Shown: positions 23,843 to 32,994 of the stretch, one piece after another
How positions within the stretch are numbered: the stretch's first letter is position 1
Layout: every line of letters starts with the position of its first letter
DNA from: an uncultured archaeon
Lineage (GTDB): Archaea; Aenigmatarchaeota; Aenigmatarchaeia; CG10238-14; SCSR01
Length of the DNA stretch: 45,684 nt
Assembly (NCBI GenBank): GCA_964444075.1
Contig: CAYUFF010000002.1
Coordinates: forward strand, 1-45,684
Direction: 5' to 3'
Program-made: the position numbers and the translations under genes
Notes under the pieces: generated by a model
Seen by the model: only the letters and a program-made list of their open reading frames with translations
Database searches by the model: none
Told to the model about the DNA's origin: nothing

Positions 23843-24208
23843 TTAGCAAAAGATTCTCACGTTGCTACCTTTCGGATTCTTCTCCATAAGCTCGCGAATC
23901 GTTATCGCCTTTCCTCCGGCCTCTTCGATCTTCCTCTTCGCGCCCCCCGAAAACCTCCACGCCGCAACCGTTACGGGTTTATTTATGCTCCCTGCACCTA
24001 ACACAACCCCAGGAACCACTATCTCCTCGTTTTCTTCGGCATACCTGTTTATCCTGGAAACGTTCACCTCGACCCTTTTCCTCCTCGGCTTCTCGAGCTT
24101 TTCCGCGACATCCCTCCAGATTTTCGCCTTGGTTTCGACGAACTTCTTCCTAAGCTCTTCTATCAACTCTTTCAAGCACGGATTCGTCGGTCCAGTCCTC
24201 TTTACCAT
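23843..24208 (-). CDS. rpl18e: 50S ribosomal protein L18e (eL18)
   Basis: [22 protein letters not shown]...[15 protein letters not shown]...[10 protein letters not shown]...[18 protein letters not shown] is colinear with archaeal L18e. Confidence 0.92.
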   Translation of the reverse strand: MVKRTGPTNPCLKELIEELRKKFVETKAKIWRDVAEKLEKPRRKRVEVNVSRINRYAEENEEIVVPGVVLGAGSINKPVTVAAWRFSGGAKRKIEEAGGKAITIRELMEKNPKGSNVRIFC

Positions 24209-24246
24209 AAAAGTTTTTTGCCTTCCTCAGCTTTTTAAACTTTTTT
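24209..24246. promoter_or_regulatory. 38-bp divergent promoter spacer with two AT/T-rich boxes
   Basis: AAAAGTTTTTTG and GCTTTTTAAACTTTTTT. Each lies 29-32 nt from the distal start codon (24247 on plus, 24208 on minus). Confidence 0.35.
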
Positions 24247-24819
24247 ATGAGGGTTTTACCGAGGAAATTCTACCAGAGAGACCCAGCGAAGGTCGCGGAG
24301 CTCTTGTTGGGAAAGGTGCTGGTCAGGAGGTTTCGGGGCTCCTTGAAGAAAGGTTTGGTCGTGGAGACTGAGGCCTACTACGGAACGGAAGACCCAGCAT
24401 CCAGGCTAAGGTTGGGAAGTCCTAAGTACTGCGAAGAGCTCATGTGCGGTGAGGTCGGGAAAGCTTTCATCTACAACGTCCACAACAACTGGTTACTCAA
24501 CATCGTAGCACACCCAAGAAAAGAATGCGGTGCCGTATTGATAAGAGCCCTCCAACCTTTATGGAAAGTGAAAAACTCTAGCAAAACTCTCCCCACCAAC
24601 GGGCCAGGGAAGCTTTGCAAAGCCTTGCGAATAACGAAAGCCCTCAACGGAGTAGACGTTTGCTCTTCGAATAGCCCTCTCTTCCTATGCGAGGAAGATG
24701 TACTGAAGCAAGCCTGCGGGAGATTCAAAGTGGCGAGGAGTTTCAGGATAGGCGTTTCTCGGGATTTGAACGTTCCGCTCAGGTTTTTCGTGAAGGGTAA
24801 CGAGTTCGTTTCTAGGTGA
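24247..24819 (+). CDS. mpg: DNA-3-methyladenine (methylpurine) glycosylase, MPG/AAG family
   Basis: LPRKFYQRDPAKVAELLLGKVLV...VVETEAYYGTEDPASR...NGPGKLCKAL are typical MPG blocks. Confidence 0.88.
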   Translation: MRVLPRKFYQRDPAKVAELLLGKVLVRRFRGSLKKGLVVETEAYYGTEDPASRLRLGSPKYCEELMCGEVGKAFIYNVHNNWLLNIVAHPRKECGAVLIRALQPLWKVKNSSKTLPTNGPGKLCKALRITKALNGVDVCSSNSPLFLCEEDVLKQACGRFKVARSFRIGVSRDLNVPLRFFVKGNEFVSR

Positions 24820-24823
24820 TAGC

Positions 24824-25633
24824 ATGCTTGACAGAAAAAGGGCTTTGGCGATAGCGCTGGTGGGAATTTTTCTGGCTTCGTTATCGCACCTTGAAAAAAC
24901 CGGATATTTCGCGAAGAAAGAGTGCGCTCTCGTTGCCAGGGTGATAGACGGCGATACCTTCGTTCTTTCCGACGGAAGGAGGGTAAGGCTACTCTCGATA
25001 AACGCTCCGGAAAAGGAAGAGTACTATTGGGCCGAATCCAAGGCTGCTCTGGAAAAGCTCGTTAGCGGGAAGGAGGTATGCCTAGAAAGGGACGTCGTTC
25101 CCGTAGACAAGTACGGAAGGTTGTTGAGGTACGTTTATGCGAACGGTACATTCGTGAACCTTTACCTCGTGAGGAACGGGTTCGCCAAGGCATCCTTCGT
25201 GCCCCCAAACTTAAAGTACATGCAAGCCTTCATCGAAGCCGAAGCTTTTGCCATCGAAAATTCTTTAGGAATGTGGAGAAGGAAGAGCGAGTACTACGGG
25301 TGCTTCAAGATAACCGGCGTGAAGCTTGAAGGTAGGGACGAGCACGTAACCCTGAAGAACGTCTGCAACTTCCCGATAAGGATGTTGAACTGGCTCGTGG
25401 AAGATGAGGGCAAGAATCTCGTGAGGATTAGGGATGATATCATCGTTCCTCCGAACGGGAACGTCACTCTTTACTCTTCCGAGCCACGTTCGATGGAGGG
25501 AGGGCTGCTGCATCGAGGAAAAATAGTCTACCTAGGTAATTATCCTCTCTGGGATAACGACGGTGACCTTTTCGTGCTGAGGGATCCTAGGAATTCACTC
25601 GTGATCGCGGAGAGGATTCTCCAATCCTCCTAA
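24824..25633 (+). CDS. membrane-anchored staphylococcal-nuclease-like thermonuclease with a C-terminal lamin-tail-like domain
   Basis: N-terminal anchor ALAIALVGIFLASL. SNase core VARVIDGDTFVLSDGRRVRLLSINAPE...DKYGRLLRYVY...NLYLVRNGFAKA. C-terminal beta domain EHVTLKNVCNFPIRMLNWLVEDEGKN. Confidence 0.85.
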   Translation: MLDRKRALAIALVGIFLASLSHLEKTGYFAKKECALVARVIDGDTFVLSDGRRVRLLSINAPEKEEYYWAESKAALEKLVSGKEVCLERDVVPVDKYGRLLRYVYANGTFVNLYLVRNGFAKASFVPPNLKYMQAFIEAEAFAIENSLGMWRRKSEYYGCFKITGVKLEGRDEHVTLKNVCNFPIRMLNWLVEDEGKNLVRIRDDIIVPPNGNVTLYSSEPRSMEGGLLHRGKIVYLGNYPLWDNDGDLFVLRDPRNSLVIAERILQSS

Positions 25634-25635
25634 GC

Positions 25636-26265
25636 TCAGAGGTACTTGATGACCATCATCCTTGCCCTATCCGCCACATCCCCTACCTTCCTGTGCAGGA
25701 CCGTCATCCTATGAAGGATTTCGAGCGTGAAGTCTATTCTTCTCGGGTTGATGTCCCTTGCCAAGAAAACTTTCCTGTAGATCTCGTACATTTTTTCTTT
25801 CATCTTCCTCCTTTCCTCTCGCAACTTTTCGTAATGCTCCATGACCCCCTCGATCCTTTCCGTGAGCGAGGCGAGAAGCAAGTTTAAGATGGCGAAGTTC
25901 TGACCGAGACAAAGTGAGAACTCGAAGAAATCCTTCCTCAGGCTCTTCGGAAGCTTCCCGCAAGCTATGATCTTCGAGGTCTCCTCGATTATGTCTACCA
26001 GGTCATCCATATCATCCATGAGCAGTAGCCTGTCGGTCTTCAGGAAAGGGAGGAAGCTTCCTTTGTATACCTCGTCCTCGGCCTTTTCCCTAACGTTGTC
26101 CATCTCCCTTTCGAGGCTCTCAATCTTTTTCACGAAAGTCATCACATCCTTGCCATGCGATGCGTACTGAAGGAGTTTCACGAACTCTCTAGAAGACTTC
26201 TCGACGAACTTCACGAGCTCTTCGAAGAGGTGCGAAAACTCCTTGCTTTCCCCGAAGAGTCCCAT
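25636..26265 (-). CDS. PhoU-related phosphate transport regulator (DUF47 / TIGR00153 family)
   Basis: An all-helical protein of about 209 aa with the DUF47-type layout. It sits beside a PiT transporter, which is the usual partner of this family. Confidence 0.8.
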   Translation of the reverse strand: MGLFGESKEFSHLFEELVKFVEKSSREFVKLLQYASHGKDVMTFVKKIESLEREMDNVREKAEDEVYKGSFLPFLKTDRLLLMDDMDDLVDIIEETSKIIACGKLPKSLRKDFFEFSLCLGQNFAILNLLLASLTERIEGVMEHYEKLREERRKMKEKMYEIYRKVFLARDINPRRIDFTLEILHRMTVLHRKVGDVADRARMMVIKYL

Positions 26266-26301
26266 GATAAAAATTCTTCTTTCTCGGAAAAATCTTATTT
26301 T
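26266..26301. promoter_or_regulatory. 36-bp divergent promoter spacer with two AT boxes
   Basis: GATAAAAATT (26266-26275) and AAAAATCTTATTTT (26288-26301). Each lies 29-31 nt from the distal start codon. Confidence 0.4.
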
Positions 26302-27255
26302 ATGTGGGTCTTTTTGCTTGCGGTAGCGGTAGCGTTTTATGTCGCGTTCTCTATAGGAGCGAACTCAGAAACCTTAGCTACTACCGTAGGTAGCGGAGTC
26401 TTTTCCATGAGGAAAGCAATCCTACTCTCCGCTGTCTTTGCCTTCCTAGGAGCCGTTCTCCTGAGTAAAGGAGTCGTCGAAACCGTGGGAAGCAAGATAA
26501 TACCCGAGGAAGAGCTACTCGCCAACAAGGAAGTTCTCCTCCTCATAGGCATCGTCGTCGCGAGCTGGTTGACCTTCTCGACCTGGAAGAGGATACCGAT
26601 TTCAACCACCCATTCGCTCCTCGGAGCGATGATCGGCGTCGCGTTGGCTAAATCCCTAACGTTGCTCTGGGAAACCGTGATCAAGGTTCTTGTTTCGGCT
26701 GTCCTTTCTCCACTGCTTTCCTTTTTGCTAGCGATCATTCTCTACGCGCTCATCGTGGAAAAATTCCTGAAACCCTCGAAGGGATTGTGGAAAAGAGAAG
26801 GCAGGGAGTTCGCCTTCGGGATTTTTCAGGTCGTCAGCGCCTGCTTGGTAGCGATTTCATTCGGAGCCAACGACGTCAGCAAGGCTATAGGGATACTCTT
26901 CCCGTTCTCCCCTGGAAGAAGCTTGCTCTTCGCTCAGGTGCTTGGAGGCTTGGGAATAGCCCTCGGTATTTTTCTGCTTAGCCCGAGGGTGCTGAGGACT
27001 GTCGGAAAGGAGATAACGTTCCTCATACCGAGCTACGGGTTCATCGTCGAGATCTCGTCCGCAATATCGATACTACTTTTCACCTTCTTGGCTATGCCGG
27101 TTTCGGTATCGCATACCTTGGTCGGGGCTACTCTGGGGATAGGCGTGGCGAGGAGGCACGTTAACCTGAGTATAGTCAAGCCAGTAATCCTTAACTGGGT
27201 GTTCACCATACCGTTGACCATGCTTTCCTCTTTCCTCCTCTCCCTCCTTCTTTAG
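26302..27255 (+). CDS. pit: inorganic phosphate transporter, PiT family
   Basis: Duplicated PiT signature (FSIGANSETLATTVGSG and SFGANDVSKAIG) in a polytopic protein. I chose Met50 of the track ORF (26302), because the upstream extension overlaps the divergent DUF47 gene. Confidence 0.9.
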   Translation: MWVFLLAVAVAFYVAFSIGANSETLATTVGSGVFSMRKAILLSAVFAFLGAVLLSKGVVETVGSKIIPEEELLANKEVLLLIGIVVASWLTFSTWKRIPISTTHSLLGAMIGVALAKSLTLLWETVIKVLVSAVLSPLLSFLLAIILYALIVEKFLKPSKGLWKREGREFAFGIFQVVSACLVAISFGANDVSKAIGILFPFSPGRSLLFAQVLGGLGIALGIFLLSPRVLRTVGKEITFLIPSYGFIVEISSAISILLFTFLAMPVSVSHTLVGATLGIGVARRHVNLSIVKPVILNWVFTIPLTMLSSFLLSLLL

Positions 27256-27267
27256 CCGCTTGCAAGC

Positions 27268-28410
27268 TCACAGGTAGGAAAGTAGGGTGCTAGGGATTTT
27301 TAGCTTTTTCGGCCTTCTGGGAATGTAATGCATGACGTAGAGGTCTTCCGAAAGTAGAAACCTTTTCCTCACTATCCTCCTCGGTATCAGCTTCTCCACT
27401 CTCTTGAGAACTTCCCTCTGCTCGCGATCCTTGGTTTCTACGAAAGGATAGACGATAGCACCCTTTACCAGCTCTTCGATCACGAGGTTTTTCTTTGCGA
27501 GGAACTCCTGCAGGAAGATGTATCGCTTCCCTATGCTTTCATCGCCTATGCTCACGAAACAGTAACCACCGTCGTTGCTCAAAGAGTTCATGCCGAATTC
27601 TACGAACTTTTCTATTCCCTGCAGCTGGTTAGGAGGGTTTGTGGAAAAGCCTGTGAAGTAGCCCTTTACCTTCTTCTTTTTTGAGACGTCCACCATCTTG
27701 GTTTCAACGTTCAACGAAAGCTCTCCCGAAACCTTTTCCACGACGCTGAGCACCTCTTCGTCCAAATCGACGACCAGGATTTCCGCGTTGGGAGCTACGA
27801 GAGCTAGGAGAAGAGAAATGAAATCATCGTCACCGACGAGCAAAAACTTGTTGGCAAAGGGCAGGTAATAGAGGATTTTCTCCACGAGTGAAATCGCCGA
27901 GGAGAGAGAAATGGGTAACTGGTCGTATTCCTCGCTCTTCCATTCGAAGGAAGCTAGCTTCGAAAACGGCACGAACGATGGTTTGCTAAGGAGCTTCCCC
28001 ACCTTAATTCCCAGCCTCCTTTCGAGCTCCGCCATTATCTGCTCCTTGGTCAGCCTGGGTAAGAAAGATTCCGCTATATCCTCCCTGAGAACCGATATTT
28101 TTTCACCCTCGACCTTAACGATTCCCTCGTCGACGAGGAACTGAATGTACACCCAGAAGTCCCAGAGGTCATAGCACATCCTCTGCAGGAACTCCCATAC
28201 TTTTTCGGAAGTAACCACGAACTTGACGGCGCTTGCGAATCTAACGAAGGTTGGGAGGTAATACTCCCTGCATATACTCTCGTAAACCCTTTCGTCGAGC
28301 CTTAGCTTGTCGACGTTGAGAAAAAACTTCGCGTCGCTCACGAACCTTCGTTGGTAGTACTTCATGAATTTCTTGTGGAGCTTCCTCAGCTCGCGATGAG
28401 GCTTTCGCAT
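27268..28410 (-). CDS. bpsA: DUF43/BpsA-family aminopropyltransferase (N4-bis(aminopropyl)spermidine synthase-like)
   Basis: LLVGDDDFISLLLAL followed by VVDLDEEVL is the GDDD motif layout of the BpsA family. About 380 aa with an extra N-terminal domain. It lies divergent to speE. Confidence 0.7.
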   Translation of the reverse strand: MRKPHRELRKLHKKFMKYYQRRFVSDAKFFLNVDKLRLDERVYESICREYYLPTFVRFASAVKFVVTSEKVWEFLQRMCYDLWDFWVYIQFLVDEGIVKVEGEKISVLREDIAESFLPRLTKEQIMAELERRLGIKVGKLLSKPSFVPFSKLASFEWKSEEYDQLPISLSSAISLVEKILYYLPFANKFLLVGDDDFISLLLALVAPNAEILVVDLDEEVLSVVEKVSGELSLNVETKMVDVSKKKKVKGYFTGFSTNPPNQLQGIEKFVEFGMNSLSNDGGYCFVSIGDESIGKRYIFLQEFLAKKNLVIEELVKGAIVYPFVETKDREQREVLKRVEKLIPRRIVRKRFLLSEDLYVMHYIPRRPKKLKIPSTLLSYL

Positions 28411-28468
28411 GAATATCTTTCATCCCAGCGCAAGCCTTAAATTTTTTGTTCCAAAGTCAACTATATTC

Positions 28469-29338
28469 ATGCTCTCTTGCAGGCTAAAGGGAAAGCACGT
28501 GCTGGTGGATTACGATGTTTTCGAACGCGGATGCTCGGCAGCAATCAGCTTCGGGGAAGTAATCTATAAGGGGAGGTCCGAGTTTCAAGAGATTGTCCTC
28601 CTCCGTTCTAAGAAATTCGGAAAGATTCTCGTGCTCGACAACGTACTTCAGCTCACGGAAAGAGATGAGTTTTTCTACCACGAAGCTCTCGTCCACGTTC
28701 CGATGCTCGCCCACCCTCGACCGAGGAAAGTTTTGATCGTCGGTGGCGGCGACGGTTGTGCAGCGAGGGAAGCGTTGAAGCATTCGTGCGTCGAGAGGAT
28801 AGACCTCGTCGAGATAGACGAGGAAGTCTTGAAGCTTTCTAAGAGATATTTCTCTAAGCTGAACGAAGGCTCCCTCGACAACCCCAAAGTCAACGTAATA
28901 ATCTCTTGCGGGAGGGAATTCTTGAGGAAGTGTGAAGGGAGCTACGACGTGGTGATCGTCGATTGCAACGACCCTTTCTCGCCGGTAAGCAAGAGGTTGT
29001 TTTCCCGCGCGTTCTTCAGGAGCTTGAGGAAAATCTTAGGGAATGAGGGCATCTTTTCCATGCAGGCCGGTTCGCCCTTCTTCGAGTATTCAGAGATTTC
29101 CAGGCTCGTGAAGAGAGCTAAGGAGTTTTTCAGGATAGTCAAACCCTACGTCTGCCTAACCCCTAGCTACGGCGGAGCTTGGCCGTTGCTGGCGGGTTCG
29201 CAGAGACACGACCCAGAATTCCCTTCGAGGGAGACAAGGGTAAAAACCAGATGGTACTGCAGGGATTCACACTTAGGATGCTTCAGGATAATCTCCAAGT
29301 GGCTTCCAGCAGCGAGGCAGCGAGGAAAAATTAAATAA
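28469..29338 (+). CDS. speE: spermidine synthase / aminopropyltransferase
   Basis: ILVLDNVLQLTERDEFFYHEALVH and VLIVGGGDGCAAREALKH. I chose the Met at 28469, because the track start at 28409 overlaps the bpsA start. Confidence 0.88.
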   Translation: MLSCRLKGKHVLVDYDVFERGCSAAISFGEVIYKGRSEFQEIVLLRSKKFGKILVLDNVLQLTERDEFFYHEALVHVPMLAHPRPRKVLIVGGGDGCAAREALKHSCVERIDLVEIDEEVLKLSKRYFSKLNEGSLDNPKVNVIISCGREFLRKCEGSYDVVIVDCNDPFSPVSKRLFSRAFFRSLRKILGNEGIFSMQAGSPFFEYSEISRLVKRAKEFFRIVKPYVCLTPSYGGAWPLLAGSQRHDPEFPSRETRVKTRWYCRDSHLGCFRIISKWLPAARQRGKIK

Positions 29339-29339
29339 G

Positions 29340-30839
29340 GTGCCTTCCCGTAAAAATCTTGTTATGGAAGGTGGCAAGCAACTGATAGACAAGTGCGAAA
29401 ACTTCTCTGAGTGGTACAACTGGATCATCTACGAGGCGGAGCTCGTAGACATCAGGGCTGGAGTAAAAGGATTCGTGGTTTACAGGCCTTGGGCCATGAA
29501 GGTGATGAAAAAAATCGTCAGCATCTACGAGAGGTTGCTCGAAGAAAAGAATCACTTGCCGGTGTTGTTTCCGTTGGTAATTCCGAGCTCGAACCTCGCG
29601 AAGGAAAGGGAGCACGTGAAGGGCTTCGAGGACGAGGTTTTCTGGGTTACCCACGCTGGGAGCAGGAAGCTGAGCGAAAGGCTTTGCCTAAGGCCGACTT
29701 CCGAGACGATTATTTACCCTCTTTTTAGCCTGTGGATAAGGAGCTACAAGGACCTTCCCCTGAAGGTCTACCAGACAGTCTGTGTTTATAGATACGAAAC
29801 CAAGGCTACGAAACCTTTAATCAGGGGAAGGGAGTTCCTCTGGATAGAAGCCCACTGCGCCTTCGAAACTTTCGAAGGGTCAGAAGCGCAGGTGGAGGAA
29901 GACGTAGAGCTCGCTGAAAGGGTGGTTTGGGATGAGCTATGCATACCTTTCCTCGTCCTGGAAAGGCCTGAGTGGGACAAGTTTCCTGGGGCAGAAACAA
30001 CTTTCGCTTTCGACACGATCTTGCCAGACGGAAAGATTCTACAAGTCGGCACCACCCACCTTCTAGGTCAGAAGTTTTCGAAAGCGTTCGACATAAAGTT
30101 CTTGGACAAAGATGGTAAAGATAAGCTTGTTTACCAAACTTGCTACGGTCCTGGGATTTCGAGGATTCTCGCGGCGCTCGTTGCTGTTCACGGGGATGAG
30201 GTCGGGCTAATATTTCCTTTCGACATCGCTCCCTTGCAGGTCGTGATAGTTCCGATTTTCTATTCAGACGAGGAAAAAGCGGTCGTTCTTGAAAAGTGCG
30301 AGAGGGTAGAGAAAGTTTTGAAAGAAAAGGGGATAAGCTGCCTCGTAGACAAGAGCGATAGGACTCCTGGGGACAAGTTTTACTACTGGGAAAGGAGGGG
30401 CGTCCCTCTGAGAATCGAGATCGGCAGGAAGGAAGTCGAAGCCTCCTGCGTTACCGTGGCTAAGAGAGATGATAGGAAAAGGGTTACCGTTAAGGAGGAA
30501 GAAATCGTCGAGGTTATTCGCTCCTTGGCAAAAGAGCTGAAGGATTCGTTGAAGAAAAGGGCTAAGGAATTTTTCGAGAGCAGGTTCTCCCTTGCTAATA
30601 ACAGGGAGGAAATCGAGAAAGCCTTCAAGGAAAGGGGCGGCTTCGTAGCGATCAGCTTCTGCGGACGCGAGAGCTGCGCGAGAGAGATTAAAGAAGAGCT
30701 TGCGGTAGAGGTTAGGGGGAAGGTTAAAAAGGCTGTAGGCGTTGAAATACCCTCGCTTTCTAAGGTTGCCAGCAACGGGCGTTGCGCTTGGTGCGGTAGC
30801 GAAGCGAAGGAAACCGTTTTGTTAGCCAAAGCCTATTGA
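29340..30839 (+). CDS. proS: prolyl-tRNA synthetase, archaeal/eukaryotic type
   Basis: FSEWYNWIIYEAELVD..., class II motifs (YQTVCVYRYE, GTTHLLGQ), an anticodon-binding domain, a C-terminal Zn domain and the terminal Tyr. GTG start at 29340, with an alternative ATG at 29364. Confidence 0.95.
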   Translation: MPSRKNLVMEGGKQLIDKCENFSEWYNWIIYEAELVDIRAGVKGFVVYRPWAMKVMKKIVSIYERLLEEKNHLPVLFPLVIPSSNLAKEREHVKGFEDEVFWVTHAGSRKLSERLCLRPTSETIIYPLFSLWIRSYKDLPLKVYQTVCVYRYETKATKPLIRGREFLWIEAHCAFETFEGSEAQVEEDVELAERVVWDELCIPFLVLERPEWDKFPGAETTFAFDTILPDGKILQVGTTHLLGQKFSKAFDIKFLDKDGKDKLVYQTCYGPGISRILAALVAVHGDEVGLIFPFDIAPLQVVIVPIFYSDEEKAVVLEKCERVEKVLKEKGISCLVDKSDRTPGDKFYYWERRGVPLRIEIGRKEVEASCVTVAKRDDRKRVTVKEEEIVEVIRSLAKELKDSLKKRAKEFFESRFSLANNREEIEKAFKERGGFVAISFCGRESCAREIKEELAVEVRGKVKKAVGVEIPSLSKVASNGRCAWCGSEAKETVLLAKAY

Positions 30840-30844
30840 TTATC

Positions 30845-31873
30845 ATGAAAGTCTTGATAGCCCACGAGCTCTTCCCGCCGCAGGTTGCCGGCGGAGGAGA
30901 AAGGGTAGTTTACAAGATCGCGAAATTCTTGCAGGAGAGCGGTGTTGAAGTTAAGGTTTTCACCACTGGTAATCCTTCGCTGAGGGAGTTCGAGGGGATA
31001 GAAACGGTAAGGATACCCGTGCACAGGTACGGGATGAACTTTTTGTTTCCGCTGATACTCAAGCACGCTAGAGATTGTGACGTGATTCACGCTAACAACT
31101 ACAACGCAGCGCTACCGAGCTACATCGCAAGCAGGCTCGCTAAGAAACCCTGCATTTGTCACATCCACGAGCTCTACGGAAACAAGTGGCTCGAGATGAG
31201 GGGTAAGGTTTTAGGGAGGCTTTCCGCTTGGGTGGAAAAAATCCAGGTAAAGCATGGGTTCGAAAAGTTCCTTTTCTTCAGCGAGTGGATGAGGAAGTTT
31301 GCTGTTAGCGTGGGTATTCCAGAGGAGAGAACGGTCGTGATTCCTCCAGGAGTGGATTTCAAGAGGTTTAAGGTAGGCAGGAAAGAGCCTTTCGTGCTCT
31401 TCGTCGGAAACTTGATCAGGAGGAAGGGTGTCTACTACCTCATAGAGGTTGCTAGAGAGTTGAAGGACGTGAGCTTCAAGATAGTAGGGAAGGGTAAGGA
31501 AAGGGGAAACCTCGAAAGGATAGCGCCCCCAAACGTAGAGTTCCTGGGTTACGTTAGCGACGAAGAGCTGGTGGAGCTCTACTCCAAAGCTTTAATCTTT
31601 TGCTTACCCTCGATTGGAGAAGGGTTCGGGCTCGTCATCCTGGAGGCGATGGCTTCTGGTTGCGCCATAGTTTCTACGGTACCGCTGGATTATGAGGGAA
31701 TCTTCTTACCACATTTAGAAAAGGAGCTGTTGGTGAAGTCAATCTCTACCCTCATCGAAAACAAGGCCATGGCGATAAAGATGGGTAGGAGGAATAGGGA
31801 GATTTCGAAGGAGTACAGTTGGAAAAGGTTCGTGAGAAGGTTGTTGGAATGCTACGAGGAAGTTGTGGGGTGA
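30845..31873 (+). CDS. GT4-family (GT-B) glycosyltransferase
   Basis: MKVLIAHELFPPQVAGGGERVV and EGFGLVILEAMASGCAIVS (E-x7-E region). I preferred the ATG at 30845 to the TTG at 30836. Confidence 0.88.
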   Translation: MKVLIAHELFPPQVAGGGERVVYKIAKFLQESGVEVKVFTTGNPSLREFEGIETVRIPVHRYGMNFLFPLILKHARDCDVIHANNYNAALPSYIASRLAKKPCICHIHELYGNKWLEMRGKVLGRLSAWVEKIQVKHGFEKFLFFSEWMRKFAVSVGIPEERTVVIPPGVDFKRFKVGRKEPFVLFVGNLIRRKGVYYLIEVARELKDVSFKIVGKGKERGNLERIAPPNVEFLGYVSDEELVELYSKALIFCLPSIGEGFGLVILEAMASGCAIVSTVPLDYEGIFLPHLEKELLVKSISTLIENKAMAIKMGRRNREISKEYSWKRFVRRLLECYEEVVG

Positions 31874-31876
31874 AGC

Positions 31877-32983
31877 GTGAGTAAGAAAATTATAGTAGTC
31901 CAGGATTTCCTGCTAACCAAGGGTGGTGTGGAAAGAGTTGCACTAACTTTGGCAGAGGCTTTTGAAGCCCCCATACTTACGGCTGCCTTCAACCCTTCAA
32001 CGACCTTCGAAGAATTCCAGAAACTTTCGATATTCTGCCTAAACGTCAAGATAAAGAAGTCTCCCTTTCTCCAATCGGAAGCCGCCTTGTTGTTTAGAAG
32101 GATGAACCTAGAGAATTTCGACGTAATAATCTCCTCCGGAAATTGGGCGAAACAAGTAAGCGTCAGGCCAAATAATCATCCACACATACATTACGAGCAT
32201 ACCCCACCGAGGGCATTGTATGACCTGAAAGATGAAGTTAAGAAGAGGCTGCCCTTTCCGACAAAACCCTTCTTCGAGTTCTGGTGCAGATTCATGGAAA
32301 AGCTTGATAGAGAGGCTACCGAAAAAGTAGATATTTTTCTCACAAACTCTCTGAATACGAAGAGAAGGGTGATAAAGTTTTACGGTAGGAGGGATACTAA
32401 AGTTCTCTACCCTCCAGTAGACATAGAAAAAATCGGGAAAGGTGTTAGGAAGTTTAAAGGGAAGTTTTTGGATGCGGGATATTTTCTTTCCGTACAAAGG
32501 ATAGAACCCGAGAAAAGGGTGGAAATGCAACTGGAAATATTCAGAAAGCTACCGAACGAAAGGTTGATAGTCGTCGGTGTTCCAGGGAGGAACATAACAC
32601 CGTACTTCTCTAGGATAAAGAAAATGTGTCCCAAAAACGTGGAGATTCGGAAAAACGTTTCCGAGGATGAGCTAATGCTGCTGTACGCAAACTGCAAAGC
32701 CGTAATACAAACCGCCATAGACGAGGATTTTGGGTTGGTTCCCGTGGAGGCGATGGCAGCAGGAAAACCTTGCTTGGCAGTCAACGAAGGTGGCTTCAAA
32801 GAAACAATCCTTCATGGAAGGACGGGTCTCCTCGTCAACCCTCCGTACGTGAAGAATTTCATCACTATTATAAGGAAGTTCGATGACTACCATTTTTCTC
32901 CCAAGGAATGTATGGAGAGAGCGAAGCTTTTCTCGAAAGAGCGATTCGTTAGGGAATTTAAGAAAATAGTAAGGAATTTGTAA
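31877..32983 (+). CDS. GT4-family (GT-B) glycosyltransferase
   Basis: EDFGLVPVEAMAAGKPCLAVNEGGFKETI. GTG start 3 nt after the previous stop. Confidence 0.88.
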   Translation: MSKKIIVVQDFLLTKGGVERVALTLAEAFEAPILTAAFNPSTTFEEFQKLSIFCLNVKIKKSPFLQSEAALLFRRMNLENFDVIISSGNWAKQVSVRPNNHPHIHYEHTPPRALYDLKDEVKKRLPFPTKPFFEFWCRFMEKLDREATEKVDIFLTNSLNTKRRVIKFYGRRDTKVLYPPVDIEKIGKGVRKFKGKFLDAGYFLSVQRIEPEKRVEMQLEIFRKLPNERLIVVGVPGRNITPYFSRIKKMCPKNVEIRKNVSEDELMLLYANCKAVIQTAIDEDFGLVPVEAMAAGKPCLAVNEGGFKETILHGRTGLLVNPPYVKNFITIIRKFDDYHFSPKECMERAKLFSKERFVREFKKIVRNL

Positions 32984-32994
32984 CTCACGTCAAG

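Noticed and set aside
23862-24371. 169-aa plus-strand ORF.
   Set aside because: It is antisense to rpl18e and runs across the promoter spacer into mpg out of frame. The translation is Ser/Phe/Leu-rich and shadow-like.
26155-26301. 49-codon N-terminal extension of the PiT transporter ORF.
   Set aside because: It overlaps the 5' end of the divergent DUF47 gene in antisense. The PiT homology and first TM begin at the Met at 26302.
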